DNA of 60,000 nt from Vicugna vicugna (lineage: Eukaryota). The stretch's first letter is position 1, and each line of letters begins with the position of its first letter. Position numbers and translations under genes: made by a program. This document shows positions 25,138 to 35,185 of the stretch, one piece after another. The DNA lies in the NCBI GenBank assembly GCA_013265495.1, contig MU057809.1:746001-806000 (forward strand). The letters run 5' to 3'. The notes below the pieces were generated by a model that saw nothing but the letters and a program-made list of their open reading frames with translations, ran no database searches and was not told the origin of the DNA.

Positions 25138-25176
25138 ATGGGGAAGGCGGCCGCGGTTCCGGCCGGACGTGGGTGA
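25138..25176 (+). other. upstream ORF 1 in ELFN1 5' UTR (MGKAAAVPAGRG*)
   Basis: ATG at 25138 (ctgATGG), TGA at 25174-25176, downstream of the acceptor. Translation is not shown. Confidence 0.6.
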
Positions 25177-25244
25177 ACGGCGAGAGGCTGCTGGCCGTGA
25201 GGGGGGCGCCCCCGCACCCAGTGCTCGCACCGCCCCGGGCGGCC

Positions 25245-25271
25245 ATGTGGCTTGGGACAGGGCACTCCTGA
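25245..25271 (+). other. upstream ORF 2 in ELFN1 5' UTR (MWLGTGHS*)
   Basis: ATG at 25245 in gccATGt context, TGA at 25269-25271, out of frame with the CDS. Translation is not shown. Confidence 0.6.
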
Positions 25272-25360
25272 GAGCGCAGGCGCCCTCTCTTCTGTCCCTT
25301 CCGGGGCTGCCGCCCAGCGCCCACCCGGGGCGCGCGGGGTCCCCCACGGGGCTGGCCCCG

Positions 25361-27808
25361 ATGGCCAGGTGCCGGGGGGCCGCGCTGTGGGTGTGCGTGG
25401 TGGCGGCCGCCCTGCTGCATGCAGGCGGGCTGGCCCGCGGCGACTGCTGGCTGATCGAGGGCGACAAGGGCTTCGTGTGGCTGGCCATCTGCAGCCAGAA
25501 CCAGCCGCCCTACGAGGCCGTCCCGCAGCAGATCAACAGCAGCGTGGTGGACCTGCGGCTGAACGAGAACCGCATTCGCAGCCTGCCGCATGGCGTGCTC
25601 AGCCGCTTCGGCAACCTCACGTACCTCAACCTCACCAAGAACGAGATTGGCTACATCGAGGACGGCGCCTTCTCCGGCCAGTTCAACCTGCAGGTGCTGC
25701 AGCTGGGCTACAACCGCCTGCGCAACCTGACGGCGGGCGCGCTGCGCGGCCTGGGCAAGCTGGAGTACCTGTACCTGCAGGCCAACCTCATCGAGGTGGT
25801 GACGCCCGGCGCCCTCTGGGAGTGCCCCAACATCGTCAACCTCGACCTGTCCATGAACCGCATCCAGCGGCTGCATGGCGCCACCTTCGCCGGCCTGGCC
25901 AAGCTGTCCGTGTGCGAGCTGTACAGCAACCCCTTCTACTGCTCCTGTGAGCTCCTGGGCTTCCTGCGCTGGCTGGCGGCCTTTGCCAACGCCACGCAGG
26001 CCTACGACCGCATGCAGTGCGAGTCGCCGCCCCTCTACTCGGGCTACTTCCTGCTGGGCCAGGGCCGCCACGGCCAGCGCAGCGTCCTCAGCAAGCTGCA
26101 GTCTGTGTGCACCGACGGCTCCTACACAGCCGAGACCCGCCTGGCGCCGGGCCGGGCCCCGCCGCCGCCCCCTCCGCCAGAGCCCAGCGAGGCCCCCTGC
26201 GCCGACGACGAGTGCTTCTCCGGCGATGGCACCACGCCGCTGGTGGCCCTGCCCACGCTCGCCACACAGGCTGAGGCCCGCCCGCTCATCAAGGTCAAGC
26301 AGCTGACGCAGAACTCGGCCACCATCACGGTCCAGCTGCCCAGCCCGTTCAACCGCATGTACACGCTGGAGCACTTCAACAACAGCAAGTCGTCCACCGT
26401 GTCCAAGCTGACCAAGGCCCAGGAGGACATCCACCTGCTCAACCTGTACGCGCTCACCAACTACACCTACTGCGTGGTGTCCAGCAGCTCTGGGCTGCAC
26501 CACAACCACACCTGCCTCACCATCTGCCTGCCCAAGCCGCCCGGCCCGCCGGGCCCGGGGCCCAGCCCGCCCACGGCCACCCACTACATCATGACCGTCC
26601 TGGGCTGCCTCTTCGGCATGGTGCTGGTGCTCAGCGCCGTCTACTACTGCCTGCGCCGGCGGAGGCGCCAGGGGGAGAAGCACAAGAAGGCGGCTGCGGC
26701 GGCCGCGGCCGGCAGCCTCAAGAAGACCATCCTGGAGCTCAAGTACGGCCCCGAGCTGGAGGCGCCTGGGCTGGGCCCGCTCCGGGGCCCCGAGGCCGTG
26801 GCCCGCATCCCCTACCTGCCGGCAGCCCCCGGCGAGCTGGAGCAGCACAAGCTGGCAGGGAGCGGGGAGACGCCCAAGGCCAGCTACATGGAGGTGCGCG
26901 TGGGGGGCCAGGCCGAGCGCGGGGACCGCGAGCTGGGCCGGCCCGGCCCTGACAGCCAGGGTTCAGCGGCAGAGATCTCCACCATCGCCAAGGAGGTGGA
27001 CAAGGTCAACCAGATCATCAACAACTGCATCGACGCCCTCAAGTCCGAGGCCGCCGCCTTCCAGGGCGGCAAGCCCGGGGCCGCGGGAGCGGCTGACCCG
27101 CAGCTGGTGCTGCTGTCCGAGCCGCTGGCCGGCACGCATGGCTTCCTGTCGCCCATCTACAAGGACAGCTTCAGCCACGGCCTGCAGCGGCACCACAGCA
27201 CGGAGGCGGCCCCCGGGCCCCCGCGCGCCAGCACCTCGTCCAGTGGCTCAGTGCGCAGCCCGCGGCCCTTCCGTGCCGAGGCCGCCGGGCCGCATAAGGC
27301 GGTGGCGGCAGCGGCGGCAGCCGAGGCCAAGTACATTGAGAAGAGCTCACCCGCGGCTGACGCCATCCTCACTGTGACGCCCGCGGCCGCTGTGCTGCGG
27401 GCTGAGGCCGAGAAGAGCCGCCAGTACGGCGAGCACCGGCACTCGTACCCCGGCTCGCACCCCGCCGAGCCGCCCACGCCCCCCGCGCCCCCACCCCACG
27501 AGAGCCTGGGCGGCCGCAAGGCATCCATCCTGGAGCCGCTGACCCGGCCTCGGCCCCGCGACCTGGCCTACTCGCAGCTGTCCCCGCAGTACCACCACCT
27601 GAGCTACTCCTCCAGCCCCGAGTACACCTGCAGGGCCTCCCAGAGCATCTGGGGGCGCTTCAGACTGAGCCGCCGGCGGCACAAGGACGACGAGGAGTTC
27701 ATGGCGGCCGGCCACGCCCTGCGCAAGAAGGTCCAGTTCGCCAAAGATGAGGATCTGCACGACATCCTGGACTACTGGAAGGGCGTGTCGGCGCAGCACA
27801 AGTCCTGA
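25361..27808 (+). CDS. ELFN1: ELFN1, extracellular leucine-rich repeat and fibronectin type III domain-containing protein 1 (PPP1R28); single coding exon, 815 aa
   Basis: First in-frame ATG at 25361 (ccgATGG) to TGA at 27806-27808. Signal peptide MARCRGAALWVCVVAAALLHAGGLARG, then DCWLIEGDKGFVWLAICSQNQPPYEA, LRRs (LRLNENRI, LNLTKNEI, LQLGYNRL, LYLQANLI, LDLSMNRI), LRRCT NPFYCSC, FN3 (~26281-26530), TM YIMTVLGCLFGMVLVLSAVYYCL, and a cytoplasmic tail ending KKVQFAKDEDLHDILDYWKGVSAQHKS. The PP1-docking RVxF-type motif KKVQF is at 27725-27739. Recognised as ELFN1 from recalled sequence. Confidence 0.97.
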   Translation: MARCRGAALWVCVVAAALLHAGGLARGDCWLIEGDKGFVWLAICSQNQPPYEAVPQQINSSVVDLRLNENRIRSLPHGVLSRFGNLTYLNLTKNEIGYIEDGAFSGQFNLQVLQLGYNRLRNLTAGALRGLGKLEYLYLQANLIEVVTPGALWECPNIVNLDLSMNRIQRLHGATFAGLAKLSVCELYSNPFYCSCELLGFLRWLAAFANATQAYDRMQCESPPLYSGYFLLGQGRHGQRSVLSKLQSVCTDGSYTAETRLAPGRAPPPPPPPEPSEAPCADDECFSGDGTTPLVALPTLATQAEARPLIKVKQLTQNSATITVQLPSPFNRMYTLEHFNNSKSSTVSKLTKAQEDIHLLNLYALTNYTYCVVSSSSGLHHNHTCLTICLPKPPGPPGPGPSPPTATHYIMTVLGCLFGMVLVLSAVYYCLRRRRRQGEKHKKAAAAAAAGSLKKTILELKYGPELEAPGLGPLRGPEAVARIPYLPAAPGELEQHKLAGSGETPKASYMEVRVGGQAERGDRELGRPGPDSQGSAAEISTIAKEVDKVNQIINNCIDALKSEAAAFQGGKPGAAGAADPQLVLLSEPLAGTHGFLSPIYKDSFSHGLQRHHSTEAAPGPPRASTSSSGSVRSPRPFRAEAAGPHKAVAAAAAAEAKYIEKSSPAADAILTVTPAAAVLRAEAEKSRQYGEHRHSYPGSHPAEPPTPPAPPPHESLGGRKASILEPLTRPRPRDLAYSQLSPQYHHLSYSSSPEYTCRASQSIWGRFRLSRRRHKDDEEFMAAGHALRKKVQFAKDEDLHDILDYWKGVSAQHKS

Positions 27809-27965
27809 GCCCGCGCCCTCCCCGAAACCCGGGACGCAGGGCGCACCGGCCCAGCACAAGGCCTGAGCCCGCGCGGCGCCCACATCCCCCCCGGAACCTG
27901 AGCTGCCGCTGGACCAAAAAGGACAAGACCCACTGTCTGTAGCCCAGAGACTCTCACAGAAAACC

Positions 27966-28018
27966 AACACACACACGCACACACAGACACACCCACGCCC
28001 GCCCACACACACACACAC
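27966..28018 (+). repeat. imperfect (CA)n microsatellite in 3' UTR
   Basis: acacacacacgcacacacagacacacccacgcccgcccacacacacacacac. Confidence 0.85.
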
Positions 28019-28681
28019 TAGCCCAGGGCTTGCAGAGAAGGCGGGGAGGGGGCACCGATGGTAAGGACGGGACGTGACCCGTGGCCGGGCGCGGGCAACT
28101 GCCCTGAGACACTCTCACCGGTGTGAGCGGCCTGTCCACACACACACTGTGCGCGCGCACACACGCGACTTCGGAAAACTGTGTCTTAGGGGTGGGGTGG
28201 GGGAGGGGATTTTTTTCATTGTCTTTTATCTTTGATTCTTCTCTGCCTTTTTTCTTTTTCTCTCTCAATTTTCCTCCGTTTTTAAAAAAAAAAGTAAAGT
28301 TCTCTTAAAAAGATATAAAACACTAGACGGGGACGTGGCTACTGTGGCCACGTGGCTCCTCGCATGATCTCTGTCCGTGGCTTTCTGTGGACTCTGTTCA
28401 GTCCGTCTCTTTGTTGCCACCTCCAGAGGCCACTGAAGAGGGACAGAGTGGATGGAGGTGGCCCAGGGGGCCTCTGGGACCCTTCCTGGAGCCCCGCGGG
28501 ACTCGGGGTGGGGGAGGGCTGTGCCTGCGGACGGCTGGGGGTGGCCGGGCGGGGCGTGGGCTGGGAGGGTGTGTGCCAGCCCCGCCCCCACTGTACACTG
28601 TCGTCGTCCTATTGTATAGAAAAATATTTCTATATTTGCAATGTTTGCTGTAAAACGAGAAAGAAAAAAAAAAGACTGTCT

Positions 28682-28687
28682 ACTAAA
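28682..28687 (+). terminator. candidate non-canonical polyadenylation signal ACTAAA
   Basis: No AATAAA or ATTAAA seen in 27809-28900. ACTAAA is preceded by TGTA at 28592, 28613 and 28649 and followed by GT/T-rich sequence from about 28720. Confidence 0.45.
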
Positions 28688-30679
28688 AAGAAAAACTGCA
28701 AAGGAAAAACCATCCCAATGCTTGTCTGCGCCGGGTTTCCACTCTGGGACTTCAGGAAGGATTTGCGGTTCCTCTTACGTCTGGTTTAGGGGTGGGGCTG
28801 GGATTACCGGTGGGTCACCACTGAGAACAGGAGTGACCCCAGGTGACCTCGGGTGGGGGGTGCACAGGGGCCCATGGGCCAGAAGGAGCTGGGGGTGAGG
28901 TGTGTGCGTGCGTGTGTGACTGGGGTCTGTGCGCAGACCTGGGAAGCGAGTGTGTGTGAGTGGGTGCAGAGCTGACAGGTGGGTGTGCATGGTGGGGGTT
29001 TGAATGTGAGTGGTGGGGTGAACGTGAGAGGGCTGGACGGCCACCTATGGGGAAAGTGCCCTGAGACCCCGAAGCCGCAGGCCCCTGGGGATGCTGGGCC
29101 CCCGAGCCGGCCTCTCGACCCTACAAGCATCGTGCCCATCCCCCAGCTGTCCTGGTGTGGCCCCGCATTCAGACTGAGCGGTTTGAGAGCTCAAACACTC
29201 ATGTAGGAATGGTGCCAGGTGGTCCAAAATCTCCCAGGAAGACTGGACTCCGACCCCCAGCCCATAGGAAGTCCCTCTTGGCGGCTGGCTCCCCAGGGGC
29301 TTCCCGCCAAGGCCTCAGGTGCCCTCTCGTCTGCCCTCAGGAGCGAGCAAGGCTTTCGGGGAGAGATGCTATTTCTGCGGCTTGTGCCAGCAGAGTGGGG
29401 GCCCTGCACCCACCCCCAGTCCTGGGTCCTGCAGAGCCACCTTCGGGGGGTGGAGCCACAAAGGGAAGGGGCGTCGCCCGGCCCCTCCCTCTCACCGACG
29501 CATCAAGTCTTGTGTGGTCGCTTCCCACCTAGCCTGCTCCCTCCACCCAGGGCAAACCCGTTCCTGACAGAGACCCAGGAAGGCAGGCACGAGGCTGCGA
29601 TGCAGCCCAGAGGCAGAGATGCTCAGGGGTTCTCAGGACCTGGTGGGTCACTAAGAAAGAGCCAGCCTCCAGCCTGACCAGCAGGGGCCCTAGGGGGAGG
29701 GAGCGGTGGGTGGGGCTGGAAGCGGCTGGGGGCCAGCAGCCTCTCCTTGCACACCCCTCCTCAGCAGCTATTTGACCTTAGGGACCTTTCGGACCGTACA
29801 GAAGCTTGCAGCTCGCCCCAGGGCCCAGCTTTGACTCCCTGGCCCCGCGGCTACGCAGCACTGGGACAGACCAGTCTGCCTCCTCCAGGCTGGCCCGCCC
29901 GGTTCCGGCCCCTGCACTCAGGAGAGCTCTGTATACACAGGAGGTCCCGTGGATGGGCCTCGGCACCAGGTGCGTGCCCCAGCGGGGCTCTGACCAGCCG
30001 CCCTGAACCGAGCCCCTCTAAAGGTCGTTTCTGAGGACGCTGCACTCCCTGCCCCCCCAGGCCCTGGGCTACGCCAGCCCTAGGCAACTGCTCGCCCTCC
30101 ACCCTGGGGTCCCAGCAGGACAGCACAAGGGGGACCCGACGTATGAGTGGCTGGAGACAACGAGGCTGTGCCCAGGGTGGGTGGAGGCCCAGAGAGGGAC
30201 CTGCCTTGCCCAAGGTCATGGTCAGTGATGACAGCCCTGGCCATGGGACAGACGTGGGGCCAGGCCTCCTCAGCTGCTGCTCCCTGTCACCAAGGAGATA
30301 AAGTTGGCTGTTTACAGGGAATCAAAGAATGATGATCAGAGAGCAGAGGTGCCGGTCCTGGGCAGGCAGCACAACTGGCCAGGCAGGCCAGGTGTGTGGG
30401 GGGGACACGTCATGTCACTGCCGAGCCCTGCTCCAAGCAGGGGTTACGGGGGGAGAGGCAGCACATGGGGAGGGACGCAGAGAAAGAAGGGGAGGGCCCG
30501 GGGTCCTGAGCAGCCAAGAACGCCCCTTCCAGCTCAGACCCTCCCCGGAACACCCAGGGCTGGACAGAGGCGGCTCTAACTGGGCCAGTCCTGGGACACA
30601 GGACCCGTATGTCACTGTGCCCTGGCTTAAAGGAGGTCACAGTGGAGGTGACAAGGGTAAACACACATGGAGAAGAAGT

Positions 30680-30740
30680 ACACATTTACTGAGCACCTAC
30701 TGTGAGCAGAGCCATGCGCCAAGCATGCCTGGAGCCCAGC
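30680..30740 (-). mobile_element. L2 3' end fragment
   Basis: acatttactgagcacctactgtgagcagag. Confidence 0.55.
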
Positions 30741-31716
30741 AAGGGGTCTGACCCTGCCCCTGCCCCGGAGAAGCTCACGGGCCAGCAGGGCACTTGAAGT
30801 AGGGGCAAGTGTACCCAGCTCAGGGTGGTGCTGGGCCCACGAGGCCTGGGGAAGGATGGAAACTCCTGCCTAGGAAGAGCCTGGAAGACTTCCTGGAAGG
30901 GGTGGCATTTTGTCTGGATAAGGGGAACCACGGTGAGGAAGGAGGGTGCACGCTACAAGGTGGAGAGAGGTCAACATCCTTGTGGGCTCAGAAGTGAGCT
31001 CAGAGCACGAAAGGAAGGTCTACAAGAACGAGTCCTTTCCTGGGCTGGGTTGGTACTGGCACCTGGCTTCCCCCAGGGCCACTCCTGTCTGTTTGTGAGA
31101 CGTGGCATTTGGAAGCCAAAAGCTTGGGCTCAGACCAGGCTCTGCCACTCGTGACCACGTGACCTCACAAAACCACTGACCTGTCTGTGTCTCAGGGAGA
31201 TGCTGGCCCCTGCCCCTCCCCCACTGCACTGGGCCCCCAACAGTGTCAGAGGGCACTTGGGACCAGAGGCTACACGCACCCTGGTGGTCTCCTCTGTTCC
31301 CCGCTGGCCTGATAACACCGCTGATAGCAAACCACCACCGCACACACGTTACTGCGACCGGTGTGGATCTGCTGATCTCAGCCCGCCCACGTGTCTGGGG
31401 AGGCTGGTGGGGACGGGGGTGCGGGGGGACAGCTCTGCTCCAGGTGACCCTCATCCTTCAGCACACCGGTCCAGCTGACAGCCGAGAGAGCAAGCCGCCC
31501 CCACCCTCCGCAGTCAGAGCAAGTTGCATGGCTGAGCTCAAAGTCGAGGGGCAGATGTGTCACCCCACCCACAGGGGCAAAGGCAGGGACACAGAAAGGC
31601 GAGAAGAATTAGGATCATCTGAGAACAGAAGCCAAACAAGCGGCTGAGCCCATGCGTCCTCCCTCCAGGGCGGACCACAGAGTACCAGGAGCAGAAAGTC
31701 CAAGATCCTGGAGTTC

Positions 31717-31790
31717 CATTCACTCATTCATTCATTCACTCAACACACAGCGGCAGAGTGCCTACTGCATGCCAGACAGGCTGGGGACAC
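31717..31790 (-). mobile_element. L2 3' end fragment with (CATT)n tail
   Basis: cattcactcattcattcattcactcaaca ... gagtgcctactgcatgccagacaggctgggga. Confidence 0.65.
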
Positions 31791-32933
31791 CAGCAAACCT
31801 GCCCCGTCCCTTGGAGCGTACCAGTCACAGCCCCAGCAGGAGGGGTAGCACCCCAGACAGGGCGATGCCAAGGGGTTTGCCTAAAGGGGCCGCTTCCAGA
31901 GAGCGGGGGCCCTCGAGGGACAGTGGCAGCCGAGCGGGCAACACACCTTGGCCCCGGGGGCGAGGGGCGGCGCTGGAGGAGAGGGACCGTGCAGAGAGCC
32001 CGCCGGGGCCCCGCGGGGGGGCCTGCAGTGAGGACCGCCAGCCTGGGGCGATCCCACAGAGGGAGCGGGGATGCGTGCCCAAGCCCAGGGCCCCTCCCTC
32101 CCTTTGGTCCCCTGCGGGGCCCACCGCTGGCTGAACCACTGACCCAGACGCCCGGAGAGCACAAAGCCATCACTTACCTTGCGGAGCAAGAGACTTGTCC
32201 TCGCTCAAGACCTAGAAGGACAAACAGGAGTTGGCACGTTGGCTGGGGAGGTGGGCGCAGGCCAGGGACCTCCTCCCGGAGGAACCTGGAGGACCCTGCA
32301 GGGGCCAAGGCAGCCCAGCCCAGCCTCCAGCCCGAGAGGCCAGGAGGTGCAGCTGGAGGCCAGAGCCGGGGTCATGGTGGGCTGGGGGCTGGGGCGGGGC
32401 GGGGGTCCTCTGAGCCAGGCTCGGAAGGTCTGCCTCGCAAGTGCAAAGGAACTGGAGTTGGGCTGAGGACCATGGGGGCCCCTGATGGCATTTTATAGAA
32501 TAATAACTTGTATTGATTTTTTCCTTATCTCAAAAGGAACCCCTTATTACGTGAACTTTAGAAAACAGCTAAACGTAAGAAGAACACAGAAAGCTCTCGA
32601 TCTCACCCCTCGAGATCATCGTGGTTAATACTCTGTTATCTGCCCTTCCAGGCCTCTCTCTCTATAAATGCGGCCGCCTTGGGCTTATACGCAACCACCG
32701 CATGTGCAGAGAAGCACCTCTTTACCTTCTGCAACTGCAGACCATCCTCTGGGGCCTCCGTTGCCCTTGATGGGGGTCAGCGGCGGTGCACAGGGAGGGG
32801 ACACACGACAGTATGTTTCTGGGTCCAGTGGGGAAGACAGCATGGACGACGCACAGGAGAGAGAGGGGCAGTCGCAGGAACGCGTCTCTGTAAGAAGGGG
32901 CGAGGTGCGCTCGGAACGGAGGGGGTGGGCTTG

Positions 32934-32954
32934 GCTAGCACCGCGGACAGCTGG
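32934..32954 (+). promoter_or_regulatory. weaker second RE1-like site downstream of ELFN1
   Basis: GCTAGCACCGCGGACAGCTGG has an intact core AGCACCnnGGACAGC, 14/21 to consensus. Confidence 0.45.
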
Positions 32955-34970
32955 CCCACCTGCTTCCAAGCGAGGACCGCCGCGGGGGCGGGGGCGACGG
33001 CAGAGCCTGAGAGCGTTCTCCTTCGATCACGGCCACCTTCTCGGCATCTTTTCTCACTCCACTACATTGCCTTTTTGTTCTACTTTTTGGTTTCTTTAAA
33101 AATCTGGCATAATTATAGAGTCACAGAAGACACAAAACAGCACACGGAGCCACTCACCTTCCTGCAGTGATAACACTGCGCGCGCCTGTAGCCCAGCACC
33201 CACCCCAGGTAGCTGTCTGACGCATCGGTACAATCGCGGCAACTAGACTACAGGTGCTGGGTTTTCAGCAGCTTTCACGTGCACTCACTTGTGCGCGTGT
33301 GAAGTCTCTGCAGCTTCACCCACCATGTGCAGGCGTGTGTAACCACCACCACCACCAGTCAAGATACAGAGCTGCCCCCCGCCACAAAGACCTCCCTCGT
33401 GGTGCCGTTCGCAGCCGCCCTGCTCCCAGCTCCACCCCGTCCCCTGGCACCACTAATCTGTCCTCTCTCCCTGTCCTTTTGAGAACGTCATATAAATGAA
33501 GCATCTGATATGTAATCTTTCGATACTGGCTTTTTTCATTCTGCATAATTTCCTTGAGAACCACCCAAGGTGTCACTGTATTTACGGTTTGCTCCTTTCA
33601 TTGCTGGAGTATCTGTTGTGTGGCTGATACACCAAAGTCTGTCTGCCATTCACCCACTGAAGGCCATCTGGGCGGCTTTCAGTTCAGGGTGTTACAAATA
33701 CAGCTGCTGTGGAAGCCCTCGTGTAGGGTCTGCACGTGAACTTCAGCTCTCCTTTCTCTGGGGTAAGTGCTCAGAAGTGCGACTGCTGGGCCGCGTGTCA
33801 GCGCATGCTTAGCACTGGGAGGGACTGCTCACTGTTTTCAGAGCGACTGCACCATTTACACTCCCACCAGCACTGGACGGGAGACACAACTTCTCCACAC
33901 CTTCACCGACATTTGGTATTATTGCTATTTTAAAGTTTTGGTTGTTCAAACGGCGCACAGTGATACCTCACTGCGGCTTTACTTTGTATTTCCCTAATGT
34001 CTAATGCTGCCGAATGTCTTTTCATGTGCTTACTTGCTACTAGCCTCTCCACTGATGAAACATTTCCTCATTTTTTACCTATGTTCTGAATGTTTTGTTT
34101 TTACTGAGTTTTGAGAGTTCTTCACATTTTCTAGGTACAAGACCTCTGTCAGATATGTGGTTTGCAAGCATTTTCTCCCAGCCTATAGCTTGTCTTTCCG
34201 TCCTCTTAATGGTCTTTCCCAATGCAAAATTTTTTTATTTTGTTGAAGTCAAATTCATTATTTCATTTCGTAGATTGAGCTTCTGGTGTCATATTTAAGA
34301 AATCCTTGTCTGGCCCTGCTAGCTATTCTTTTAGAAGATCTATAGTTTTACTTTCTACATTTAAACTCATACCCTATTTTGATTTAATTTCTGTGTAAGA
34401 TGCAAAGCCTAGGGCAAAGGCCTGGGGTTCGGAGCTTTCTGCTGGCTTGCCTTTGCCTGCGGCTGTCCAGTTGCTCTGACACCACTTGTTGAAAGACGCC
34501 CCTGCTTCATCGGGCGGCTTTCGCCCCTTTGTAGAACTCCGGTGCGGTGTGTTTGTGGGGGCCTCTGTTCTGTGCTGTCACTCAGTGTACTTCACCCTTT
34601 CACCAGTGTCACGCTGCCTTAGTGACTGCAGCTAAGCAGTAACGCTGACTAGAGTGGCCTCTCCCGCTTTATTGCTCTTTTTCCAAATCATTTTAGCTAT
34701 TTTAGTTCCTTTGCTTTTCTATGTAAACTTTAGAATAGGCCTGTCTGTATTTACCAAACATTTCACTGGGTTTATTATAGTAATTATGATAAAGTTATAG
34801 ACAAATTCCAGCAGAATCTATATTGAGTCTTCCAACTCATGAATATGGTCTAATTATTTGAATATTCTTTACTTTTTTTTATCAGCATTTTGTTATTTTC
34901 AGCCTACAGACCCAATTCATACCTAAGGGTTTTTTTTTTTATAAGAAATTAGAAATGGTGCTGTATTTTA

Positions 34971-35125
34971 TTTTATTATTATTTTTAACTTTTTTGTTTT
35001 ATTTTTGGCAGGGGAGGCAGGTAATTAGGTTTACTTATTTATTCAGAGAGGCGGTACTGGGGACTGAACCCAGGACCTTGTGAATGCCAAGCACGTGCTC
35101 CACCAATTGAGCTACACCCTCCCCC
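34971..35125 (-). mobile_element. camelid tRNA-derived SINE (Vic-1-like) with 17-bp TSD
   Basis: Reverse complement reads gggggagggtgtagctcaattggtggag...ggtcctgggttcagtccccagtacc...taaacctaattacc plus an A-rich tail. TSD aatggtgctgtatttta (34954-34970) and agtggtgcggtatttta (35126-35142). Confidence 0.9.
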
Positions 35126-35185
35126 AGTGGTGCGGTATTTTAAATTTCAGTTTCCATGTGTTCATTGCTAGTGTGTAGAATGTGA

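Larger units (their letters stand above)
27809..28710 (+). other. ELFN1: ELFN1 3' UTR (3' end approximate)
   Basis: Follows the stop codon. Contains CA repeats, U-rich and A-rich blocks, three TGTA motifs and a variant hexamer ACTAAA. The end is inferred. Confidence 0.55.

Noticed and set aside
25169..25360. 879-aa version of ELFN1 from the ORF track
   Set aside because: It starts at GTG. The signal peptide and ELFN1 homology begin at ATG 25361, so the extension is kept only as a speculative finding.
25121..26848. 575-aa ORF antisense to ELFN1
   Set aside because: Shadow ORF in codon register with the sense CDS. The extreme GC3 removes antisense stop codons, and there is no recognisable domain.
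32171..32180. Perfect minus-strand donor AAG|GTAAGT (also GA|GTAAGT at about 24134) suggesting an antisense lncRNA
   Set aside because: A chance match of this length is expected in a window this size, and no supporting exon structure was seen.
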